Source: Cycas panzhihuaensis (taxonomy: Eukaryota > Plantae > Cycadophyta). From it: a DNA stretch of 64,000 bases. Below are positions 39,001-50,905 of this stretch, one piece after another. Numbering within the stretch: the first letter of the stretch is position 1; every line of letters starts with the position of its first letter. The notes under the pieces are model-generated. The model saw nothing but the letters and a program-made list of their open reading frames with translations, was not told the DNA's origin and ran no database searches. The DNA lies in NCBI GenBank assembly GCA_023213395.1, contig CM041465.1, forward strand, positions 175,219,741-175,283,740, read 5' to 3'. A program made the translations under genes and the position numbers.

Positions 39001-41310
39001 TTATCTCTATCTTGAGCCTTTCTCAAATTTTCCTTACAACTAGTTATTATAGCTTCCATGTCTTCAAACATTTCATTAGTTGAATGCACCTTAATTTAAA
39101 TAGTACTCAAAGAAAGAGGAGTCCTTAGAGCATAACCCAACATTGCCTTGAATGGAGACATTTTCAAGGATGGTTGCACGCTATTGCTGTAGGAGAATTC
39201 CACTAAAGGAACCTTTCCTTCTAAGCAGTCTAACATTCTACAACATGTGCCTTTAACACGTCCTCTAATACTTGATTAAAGCACTCTATTTGGCCATCAC
39301 TTTGAGGGTGACCCCCATTGCTAAAACATAATTGAGTTCCTACAGCTTTAAAGAATTCTACCTAAAATATTGTATTGAACTTGAGATCATAGCCACTAAC
39401 AATCTCCTTTGGCACACCAAAATAGAAAAAGACTTCAATCAACACAATTAAAGCAATATCAAAAGCAAAGTATGTCATACAACAAGGAATAAACCTTGCC
39501 AACTTTGTGAGTGCTACTCTTGAATTCTAGGTAAATGGGTTATAAAGTTCATAGAAATACTATTCCATTTGCCTTCAGGTATTGGCAAAGATTATAGTAA
39601 ATCTGCAAACTTTTCATACTTCCCCTTGTTGACTTGACATTATAAATAAGTGTCGACATAATCCACAATGTCTTTTTTCATATCTTTTCAATACACCGAC
39701 TTCTTAACTATCTAGTAGGTCTTTTCACCACCAACATGGCATGCATATGGACTATAATGTACCTCATACAAAACAAGTTGATGTAGTTTGGGAACATTAG
39801 GTATCACCCCCTTGTCTTTATAACATAGAGAATAATTTTTCATGCAAAAATTTCCATGATTCATAGGTGGTTGTTTTAGCAACAACAAAATATTCTTACA
39901 ATAAAGGCCAGAGTGTGGTGTCTGTTGAACTTGTCCTACAAAGGTTCCCTAAAAGACAAATATGGTATCAACAAAGTGAACCCGAGACAAAGCATTAACA
40001 ACCACATTATACTTCCATGTCTTGTACACAATCTTCGGATAGAATTCTTAGAACAATACCTTCCATTTGTATTACCAAGAATTTAACTCCCCTTTTAGAG
40101 AAAAGTGAACCAAGGGTTTGTGATCTATATAAACCTAAAACTTGTCGTCCTTCAAATAGTGTTTCCAAGTTTTAACTGCCAATAGTTCTTGGTTGAAAAT
40201 GGAATACTTCTATTGAATTGGGTTCATTTTTCGAATTTCATAAGACACCATATGACCTTCCTATACATCAACATAATGTTGATAGCCTACCCACTAGCAT
40301 CAATATGCAAAACACATGGTTTCGATGGATAAGAAATCTATAGAACCAACATAGTCATAATCTTTTCTTTAACAAATCAAAATTCAATTTATGAACATCT
40401 AACCAAATATATTTAGAATGTTTTGTGAACAAGTCAATTAAAAAAGTTGTAAGTCAAGAATAACCTTAAACAAACTTCTCATAGAAATTTATGAGACCAA
40501 AGAAACTCCACAATTGATATATCTCTCTGGGAATTGGCCACTCCTTTATGGGTTGGATTTTCTTTGGATCTAGTGTCACTCCATTTTTAGAGACAATGTG
40601 ACTCAAATACTCTACTTGCTCCTAGAAGAAATGACACTAATAACTTTGCATATAATTATTGCACCCCTAAGATTTGTAACACCTTTGTCAGATGTTCATA
40701 ATGTTCTTGATTTTTGCTAAAAACAAGTATATCATCAACAAAAACAAGTTTATCCAAATCCGGATGGAGTATTCATTTCATCAGCCTCATGACTATAGCA
40801 AGAGCATTGGCCCATCTAAATGGCATGATAAAAAATCCACAATACTTATCCTTTATGGTGGATTTATTTAGGGCACTATAGTCTATACACATTTTCATGG
40901 ACCCATCTTTCTTCTTTACCAAGTTAGGACTCCAATGGTGACTTACTAGGACAAATGAACCGTTTTTCTAACAATTTTGTAATTTGTTTCTTAACTTTCT
41001 GTTGTTTAGAGAAACTAAGTCGATCTGGTATTCTAGAAATGGGTTTAGTTCTTAGTTCTAGCCTGAGAGCATGATCGATATCTCTTTCAACAAGCAAACC
41101 CTAAGGCAAACCTTTAGGGAATACATTAACAAGCTCACTTAAGAGATTATGCACACTATGGCCAATTTTATCTAAATAACAACATGATTGTTCTTCGACA
41201 AGGATTGCATAACACATGTTATCATGTTGTCAAGATATCTTTGTTAGCTAGGCAAATGTCACCATGGGAATAGTTTGCAATCCGTTATCACCAATTAAGA
41301 AATGTTGGAG
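33006..41310 (-). mobile_element. Heavily decayed chromoviral Gypsy (3' LTR, chromodomain, INT, RH, RT), 5'-truncated and interrupted by the Copia at 33771-38923
   Basis: Probable LTR 33006-33360 followed by a C-run PPT (33365-33371). Chromodomain IQWTGQPIEDAT* (~33450-33480). Integrase remnants 39100-39760. RT LVFVDDILVFS (~40715-40748). Confidence 0.75.
33771..38923 (-). mobile_element. Full-length Ty1/Copia element, 5.15 kb, ~203-bp LTRs, ATATC TSD; same family as 4719-9920
   Basis: TSD ATATC 33766-33770 and 38924-38928. LTRs 33771-33972 and 38720-38923. PBS TGGTATCAGAGC 38708-38719. Gag ORF 37343-38077, two knuckles, PR FIDFGASRHM, INT 35420-36505, RT 34664-35248, RNaseH 34007-34507. Confidence 0.96.
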
Positions 41311-43001
41311 ACCACCCCCCCCCACCCTCTCTCTCATATATATCGAACCTTGCGTTGATGAAATAGGAGGATTGAGTGGTAATTATTTTAGATTTTAAGT
41401 GTGAAAAGGTTGAATGTGACTATCTTTTCGAGAGACTCTGAGTGAAATAGGGTTGGAGATGACTCTTTTGAAATTTTGAAGACTTGTTTTGCTTTGAGCT
41501 TTGAGTAGAATGAGACAAGTAGGAGAGAGGATGTTTTCACTAAATCGTGTTGTTTGCAAGTGCATGCTTTACTCCACTATTTAAAAGAAGCATTTGTTAA
41601 TGAATATCTATTTATTCAATATTATTGTTATTTGCATATGATCAATGATCACAAAGTATTTGCAGAGATATTTAAGCATTGAATCTTTCCTTTATGTCTA
41701 AGAGTATTCTAGTTTCTAAATTTATGGTTGCATGCTCAAATGTTAAATCATTTGTCTATCAACATCATTAATTCATCATGCTTAACGCAGTCAATGCCTT
41801 CTTCAATGAATTGTTCTACACACCTACTTTAATATTCAAAGTTTTGATTCATTAAGTTAGGTGCTTGATGATTATCAATGACCAACAATACACTATGCAT
41901 AAATTTGTCTTTGATCTACCTCCCAAATATGTGAATGAAGTCATTCTCTGACTTCCTATTTATCATTGTTTCTATGCCTTGATTTTTTTGAGATTATACT
42001 TACCTTCCATATCGTTTTTGTTTTTATATATTTTCCAAAGATCTGCAGCAAGAACAAATGTTATCGACTGAAACTCCTTATCCACACAGTAATTTGCTTT
42101 GAGTCATTGCTTTTAGCCCATTCATAGCCATTAATATAGATAGTGATTTGGTATTCAACGCCTTCACAAATGTCTTATCAAATGTTCTTAAGTAATTAGG
42201 GATTCAGAATCATTGTTTTATCATATTATATCTAATTGTTAGTAATTATCTATTGTGTGCTGATTGACAACATTATTTGCTTGCAAACTAGATTCCCAAT
42301 TGCCTCCTTTACAATCTGATTTAATTTTTCTCCATCCTCAATCCTTAAAGCATTCCATTCTGGTTTATGCAGTCGTCCAACTCAAAATTAATTGCCCATG
42401 GCCTATATTCACTTTTTATGCAGTGGCCCAATAAAATACAGTCACTCATTCTATTGCAATCTCATACAATAAGTTGGATCATATCTAAGATTTTTTTTTT
42501 TTTCTTCATTTCTCATAAACTATTACGTTTCTAGAGCCACTTTGCAACACCCAAATAATGTTATGATTTTTTAAAAAATGAATGACGGTAAGCTACTATA
42601 AACAAATTTTATTATCCCATAAACATTACATATAATAGTCTTTTAAATGCGCCCAATACATGATAAGTAGAATCGCTCAGTTGCAATCCCAACACATTCA
42701 TGAAAAAGTGGATATAATTGCCCTTTCGAACAAAATAAATAGCGCATATGTTGTTGAAAACGACACTATCAAACATGTGAATACATAATAAAACACATAT
42801 ACATGAGATGATCAAAGATGTAAACAATAAATGAATGAAAGAATGAAATATGTACAAACACATAAGACAATAAGGCTTGTGAGAAATGATCATCTCCAGT
42901 TATTGCACTAGGTATGAATACATAATTATAGTACACAGTCACCTCACAGTTGTCCAATCTCATGTCAAAACCATTATAACCATCACTAAGATGATGCATG
43001 A

Positions 43002-46000
43002 TGTTGACTCGACATACCGGACTGGATCACATTCCGGTATCAAGGTGGTTTGATTCGCCTCAATTTCACGCAACACGTTATGATACAACCAGCTAATCCG
43101 GCTAGTAATTGCTCCATCTTAGCTGGTGTATGGTTTCAATCAGCTACCATTCACTCAGGTTTGTAGCAATGGTCTATTGATTTCTCAAAGTTGTACTGAC
43201 CCGTTTTCAAAGATCTGCTCTACGTTATAGGGTCCCAGCCATCTCATCTTGAATTTCATTGGGTGTGTTTTGAATTTGTTGTCATAAAGGAGAACTTAGT
43301 CGCCTTTTTTGAACTATGGTCTGCGTAGGTGCCAATTGTGCCACGCTTTTTGTCATCATTTTTCTATGCTTTGTAACCATTTGGCCATATAACCTTTTTC
43401 TTCTAGTCTCACTAATTCTTATAATCTCTGTCGTAAGGAGTGCAAGTTGTCCAATCGACACTGCATAGCGGTTCTTAGACTTGGTATCTCAAATTCAGTC
43501 AGAATGATGGCCTCGGTTCCATAAACCAACTGAAATGGTATTTGCCCTGCCGATATTTTATATGTCATTTTGAAGGCCCACAGTATTGACGGTAGTTTCT
43601 CAGCCCAGTCTGACCTTCCCACATCGCAAATCTTTCGTAGGCAATTCTCAATAATCTTATTCGAGCTTCCTGCTTGCCCGTTAGCCCTTGGGTAATATGG
43701 CGTGGATTTTCGATGGCTAATCATGAAGGTTGATGTTAATATCTCTATTGTCTGATTGAGAAAATGGACCCCTTGATCACTCACGATTTCCAATGGGCAT
43801 CCAAATCGTGTAATGATCACTTCGTATAGAAATCGTGCCATACTTTCTGAATCTGCTTTTCTTAATGCTCAAGCTTCCGCCCATTTGGTCATGTGGTTGG
43901 TTGCCACTAGAATAAATCAAGCTAGAGATTGTTGGGCGGCCGGTTTGATTGGTCTGACGAAATCGAGTCCCCATTTCTCGAATGGTGCCAAAGGTAAGAT
44001 TGGGTGGAAGGGTTGGAAACTCTACCGATTAGGTTTTCCCATTCTTTGACAATAATCACATGCATGAGTCCATTTCCTCACATCTTCAAGCATTGATGGC
44101 TAACAAAATCCCAGTATTAGGATTTCTCTCCAAGTTGCCAATTTTCCCATATGTCCTCCTGCTACGCCTTCATGTGCTTGGGCCATAATTTGATTAACTT
44201 CATGTGGCCTTATGCATCGACCTAGTACTTCATCTAGTCCCAATTTGTATAATTCACCCTTAATCAATTGGTATGGTTCCGCTTTTCTCACAAAATTCAA
44301 TTGTTTCGTTCGATCCAATTATGGCAGCAATTCCCCTGTTGTTAAGTATTCTGGTATCCCATCATACCAATCTATCGGCACTACCTCTACGCTGAATAAT
44401 GTTGCATTGGGGAAGTCATCCGGTATCCCTGTAGGGTTTTCTCCATTTACAGTTCTTGATAATTGATCAGGAATGATGTGGGCTTTTTCCAGTTTCGCAA
44501 TAATTTTAAATGAAAATTCCTGAAATAACATTAGCCACCTACTAATCCGTCCCCTCATTATGGGTTTGTACAGCAGTACTTGGTGGTTGACAAAGAATAA
44601 GAATGGGTTTGACAATAGACAATGTCGGAATTTCTGTAATGCATACACCATTCCAAGTGCTTCTCTCTCTATTGTGGTGTAATTTTGTTCTGCCCTTATA
44701 AGTTTTTGACTTGCAAAGTATATAGGATGGTCCATTTTATCATCACTTGGTTGTGCTAATACACATCCGATGGCATACTGCGAGGCATCGATGTGTACAT
44801 GGAAGATTTTCTTCCAATCAGGGAATCGTAGTATGGGTGTTGAGATTATGGCCTTTTCTAGTGCCTCGAACGCCTATTGTTGCTCTTCACTCCATTCCCA
44901 TTCAACATCTTTTTTCAATAGTTCTTTGAGGGGTCCCGATATGCATGCATACCCCCTAATGAATTTTCTATAATAACCGGTTAATCCCAAGAATCCTTTA
45001 AATTGTTTTCTTGTGAACGGCACCGAAAAATATAGAATTGCAGATACCTTGGCTGGGTCCATTAATAATCCTTCTTTGCTCACTATATGGCCCAACCAGT
45101 TTCCAAATGGTACCAAAAAGGTACACTTCTCCAGGTTTAAACATAATTTATTTTTCACAACATGTTTGTAACATCCCTAAGGTTCTCCATATGGTTTTTC
45201 ATAAATCCATACAACATCCAATCATCCAAGAACACTACCACTTTTTCACCAATCATTTTGCGAAATATGTTAATTACTATCCTCTGAAATGTCGCTGGGG
45301 CGTTTGTAAGACCAAAGGGCATTACCTTGTATGCATATTTTTCCCATTCTATTACAAACGTTGTTTTTGCCTAATCCTCAGGGCGATTTGTACTTGGTTA
45401 TATCTATTGAACCCATCTGTGAAGGAATATATTTCGTTTCCTCCCACGGCTTCCAAAATATCCTCCGTAAAAGGTAATGGAAAGGGATCCTTTTTAGTTA
45501 GCTTGTTCAATTGCCTATAATCCACACAGACACGTATTTTCCCATTCTTTTAATTGACTACAGCAACAAGGCTTACCCAGTTGCTGTAGTCAATTTCATA
45601 AATATATCCCGCTTCCAACATCTTATCTAACTCCACTTTTACATTTTCTTTATATTTGGGATTCATCCGGTATGGTCTCTGCTTTATTGGCTTGGCTCCT
45701 TCGACTAGGTCGATATGGTGCATCCCAATCTCCAAGAGAATGCATTTAAGGTCTTTATATGACCATGCGAACACATCATGAAACTCTTCAAATAATTACT
45801 GAGCTTTAGCTATTGTTTGATCATCCCAATAATCTCTAATCTGAATGGTTTTGGGTTCCTCCTTACTTTCAACATTAATTTCAGTTGTTTTTAGTTTTGT
45901 TATTCCAATATCTTTTTTATCTCCTGTTTTATGGGCAGGGGTGTCTTCTATTTTTCTTTTTCCAAACTTGATCTTGATGAACTCCGTAGGGTAATTAGGA

Positions 46001-49000
46001 ATTTCTTCTTTTCCTTCATCCTCTAATTCTTCTTCCTTCTTCCGTACTGATGACATGGCTTTTTGCTCTAGGTTTATACTTAATTTCCTAATAACCTTGA
46101 GTATTCTATCAATGTTTTTATCTTCTGATGAATGTGAGAAAATTTTTATAAAGGATTTTTTGAGGTTTTCCCATGTTGCATCCAAGTTCCGTTCTTTTCC
46201 TAAGAACCAATCCCTTGCCACCTGACCTAAGGTACGGTAGAAAAGGTTGCTTCACATTTTCTTTGGTAAACTCAAGGATATTCGTTCTTGTTTGCACTTT
46301 TGGATATGTTTATTGGGGCATTCTCCTACATAGAATAATGGGATATTTAATTGCTTCGGGTGGTCAAACCGTATTCTAAATGTTGATTGTAGTTCCTTCC
46401 ACCCTTGGAAGGTAGCTTGGGGGGATAGGTACCAATACCAATGCCATCCTTCGCAAGGTTAGTATCAAGTCTATTTGCCATTGACTTTTGTCCCAATTTC
46501 CCTCTTTTATCCAATACTTTATACAATGAGTAAGATGAGTAGTTCCATATAGTTGATCCCCATAAAAAGGTTTGACATAATTCCCAATGTATGTTTCAAG
46601 GTTTCTTTCCTCGGGGATGGTTATCCTACTACCTAGACCTGAGTCTCTAGGGGTATATTACGTTGGTTCCCTTTCCATTTCCTCAGATTTAGCGCCAACA
46701 TTTGGAAAGGATCGATCGTTGGGTGGGTGTACCTCTAAAGAAGATGAGGAAGGATTGCTAATTCCTTTCTCGGGTTGTAATATGGGTGGGGATGGGTAAT
46801 CTACCTTAGGACCCACACTTAAGGCAAAGGAGGGGTTAGGGTTAGTATTAGATACTATAGAATTATGAAATAAACTAAGTATACTAGGAATAAGGGGGGT
46901 TTAGGTCTAGGGTTGGGGGGTTGTTATTCTCTATACTATTGTTAGTCCCCATATACTCAAAAGATTTTAAATTATTGTCAATGTCATCAGTTACATATTC
47001 AGAAAGCAAATTGCATCTATAAGAAGGAGAATTGACTTTATAAGCATCTTGTAACCAATAATCTACGAATTTCATTCCATTCTCATCATCAGAAGAATTG
47101 TAGATCTCCCCAAAGTAGGTTGGTTCAGTCTCTTGGAAGTTGATCATCTTGGTTGGCTCTTCGGTTGTATGGTATAGGTTTCCTTCATCAAACAAGGATG
47201 TTGTCACTTCACTTGCAATAGTCGTTCTTGAGCCGTCATCTGGTATCACCTCAATAGAACTTTTTCCCAGCATTGGAAGGACTACTTCATTCCCACCATC
47301 CAATAATGTAAAGGTTACATCTTTCTAGTTCTAGAAACACTAGGTTTTGTACAACCATGGTCTTCCCAACAAGGCTAGATAGGGTGTTGCACCTTTTTCT
47401 GTTTTTACAATCGTAAAATCAATTCTTATGGTAATTCCTGCCACATCCACCTTGATGTTGGCAAGTTTCGCCACTGGTCTCACCAATAATTCATTTGCCA
47501 ATTTCAACAAATAAGTTGCCGCTTCTAGTTTAGGGCTTCCCAGCTTCCGCTATGTCGAGGTTGGTAACCTGTTTACAGTAGCTCCTCCATCCACAAATAC
47601 CCTTGAAAATTTCTCTCCTAACACAGTGATTGCTACCATTGGGTCCATGTCAAAGGATGGCAATATCTTCTTTAAACTCTTAGTGACTTCTCGTTGCTGT
47701 AGTGTCCCTACTTTGATCCAATCTATCACTTGGCATAAGGGAATTGTTAATTGCAATTGTTTCACTAGATTTTCCATCAACAACAACATTCGTGGGATAT
47801 CTTCCACCGGTAACCCTTTAAATAGCTCCTCCATTTGCACCAATTGAGGTTGTGCCTTCTGCTCCTCCAATATTTTCTCCTTTTATCTGTTTTTCCTCAC
47901 ATATACATGATTTGTTTTTGGTTTACCCATCGGTAGCATTGTCTCAGTTTGGGCTAACTCCTCTAATACTTATTTCGCTTGTTCGAATTTGCCTATTCCC
48001 ATTTGCGGGTTTGGGTACCCTTCATCCATTCTCTCTTTCTGTTTCTTTTGGAGTTTTACGTTTTCACTGCTTTCTAGGATGATAGTCATTAAGTTAGTTG
48101 CTTTCACTTTTCCCTTACAATCTTCTATTATGTGCTCACTTGGCCCACAATTGTTGCATACGAATGGTTTATGTTCATATTTTTGTTTAGTTGGGCAGTC
48201 TGATTTCCAACGGCCGAATTGTAAACAGATCAAACATCTCCCCATTGGTTGTTTTTTCTTTGAGGATTCTTGTGTACTCCCCGTTGTATATATATTTCGA
48301 GGTGGGTTCCCCTACCTCGTCCTCTATAGGGCCTTCCTCTAGGGTTATAAAAACAATCTTTAGTAGTGTGACTATCCGTGTCATATATATGACACCATTT
48401 ATCTTTTTGGTGCATTGCACTATTTTTTGGATTGATTTCACACTCCTTAGTTGTATGCGAACTTTCCTCGCAAATATGGCACCATTTCTCAATTTTAAAT
48501 TCTCGGTCCTTTCTCTTTTTTACTTCTTCCTCCTCTTTGTTATTTCTCATTTTAAGTCGGGCAACCCCTTTCCTTAGAGCTTCCACTTTGGACTCTTTTT
48601 CTGAGATTCCTACTTGCTAAAAGGGTCGGTTATGTTGATTCTATTTCATTTCCCTTATTTCTTTTTGTAGCCTTAGTAAAAGGGGATCATGTCCTCCTGC
48701 TTGGGCATCCATCTCTGCTTTGAAGTCCAACGCCAACTCTTGAGCATTTTTTAATGATTTTAGTGGATGCGCATGCATCATAGACCTTAATTTTTCATTT
48801 AATCCTCTGACGAAATAATTCATCATGTTGTGGTCTATGACCATCTCGTAAATCATGTTGGCAGCAATGATTTTCATACGACTAATGTTAGTTAACACTG
48901 ATTCACCAGGCCTCTGTTTTATTTCCCTCAGGGCAATCTCCACAACTTCATTACTTTGAAATTTCTGAAATCTTTCCTCGAAGGATTTCTTTATATTTAC

Positions 49001-50905
49001 CCATGTTTCTGTTTTATCCAATTCTTTGTACCATGCCAATGGTACTCCTCTTAATGTACATGCAAATCTCGCTTTTATTTCATCTTTGTCTGTGATTTTC
49101 TTCACATTGACCAAATTCTGGAATAAATACACATGCTCTGCTGCATCTGAGGTGTCGTTGAAGATAAGTTTATACCAAAATCTCTGAAATCGTCCATCCT
49201 TGGTGATTGCACTAGTGTCCCACCCAATGGTGATCCTTCTCTTTTTGCCTCCTCAAAGGATTCTATTCCCTTTTCTCCACCCTTCACTTTAGGTGGTGTA
49301 TGTGGGGTGCTTGGTGCAGCACTATCTCTTCTAAATAGAGGATTCTTGAATGGTGTTTTTAAATGTATTGGCTCCTATACTCCTGGTACTTATACCGTCA
49401 ATGGTGTGACCACTAAATAAGACTACTCCGACCCCTTGTCCTGCGAATCCTCAAATAGTTGCCTTATTAGTTTATTCCCCCAATATGCCAAGGGACCTTC
49501 CTCCGCCTTCTTCTCACTATCACTCAGGTCCTTCAGGGTATCATCCACAGGTGTATTTTCCTCCTTCCTTAGGGTGTCGCTGTGTTCCACATTTCCTTTT
49601 GGTTTTTCCTCCTTTTTTGGGCTTAAAAGGTCATATTTGATTGGAGCAGGTGTTAGTACCATTTGCTCGCCATTATTTTCCTCTCCTTGTTCTTGAGGTG
49701 TCTAGGCTCCACTTGCCTCAGATTCTTCAACGGATTGTTCCTTAGTCTCGTTATTATGTAAACTCAATCTTCTTGCTCTTCTTAATTTTGACTCCTTTGA
49801 CCATCGTAATGCCCTTTGTTTGCTTGTTTCTTTCCACTTTGGTGAAGTATCCTTTTGTGGCTCTCCCGCCCTTGAAGGCCTCTTAGGTGGCATTGGAAGG
49901 TCCCATGGCTGTCGAAGGCTTAGTTACAGCCTGCCATCATGACGACAGCCAGGGTCCTCTGTCCTTTGAACATTCTCCCCTTTTGAAACTCCTAGCCCTA
50001 GTCCCTCCTTAGTGGACGTAGGCAACGGAACTAATGTTGACTCGGTTTCTCACCACACTTGTGAGAAAGTGCACTTGTCAAGGGATCACTAGTAGTCTAG
50101 TCTAAGATGCAGCCAACATGCTTCACGCACCAAATTATCATAGATTTATTAACAATTTCCACATAACTTCATCATAGATTACACACAGCAGTACAATAAT
50201 CAATAACTATCCATTACACAAGCATCATAGTACATATAGAACATAGATTTCCATGTAACTCTTCTTTTCATTAAGCAATAGGTCTCATACAATAAGTTCT
50301 AAAATGTATTCCCTATACATTCCAGCCGTATACACTGAGTTCTGTCATATACATTCCAAAAGGGTATGCATCACGGAATGCATCTATTGTAACTTTGTTC
50401 CGTACTACTAAATATGCGTGTTGGCTACTGTACCACCATGTGGGATGAATGCTCAACTCTCACCGCTGGAATGGTCCTTGCAAGCTTCCTTAAATGTGCC
50501 TCTTTGGTGCCTTTTGATGAAGGGTTATGATTCCCTGTCATAATCTTACCTTTTCAACCTCAATATATCCTTTCACTTAATCACTTGATTAATTACCTTT
50601 AACTAGTGTCTTTTCATCCATACGTTCGTATGTACGTCCCTTGGTGCTAATGTTGTCATCCTTTGGTGTCTTTTGGTCCAGGTCTGTCATGCGTACCTTG
50701 CTATTCATTAGCGTACCACAAACGATACATACCCTGTGTTGCATACCTGTTATGGTACACACCTGTCATACGTACCCAGAATGCTTGTCTTTCCAACTTT
50801 TCTCATCATACGTACCTCCATACGGTCTGTACCTGTATTCCAATGGTCAACACAGCCCTACATCCAGTTTCCACATAGCCTATTGTGCCAAAATGTGTCC
50901 CAACA
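43002..50905 (-). mobile_element. Non-chromoviral Ty3/Gypsy element with tRNA-Glu PBS; 5' LTR present, 3' end deleted
   Basis: 5' LTR 50035-50905 (TG..CA). PBS 50021-50033 (plus strand GGCAACGGAACTA, 12/13 identical to the tRNA-Glu 3' end). Gag 49893-48641, four CCHC-type knuckles 48116-48487, PR VFVDGGATVN (~47575-47605), RT FAWSYKDLK (45550-45774), RH DHPIYFASQKL (44319-44735), INT FGCPLEIVSDQGVHF (43419-43841), ending ~43120. Confidence 0.9.
50021..50033 (-). promoter_or_regulatory. Primer-binding site complementary to the tRNA-Glu 3' end
   Basis: Minus strand TaGTTCCGTTGCC one base after the LTR end. Plant tRNA-Glu ends ...GGCAACGGAACCA. Confidence 0.8.

Noticed and set aside
41320-43001. 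Unassigned AT-rich segment, partly LTR-like (~42730-43001)
   Set aside because: No recognisable ORF, termini or internal repeat that I can support.
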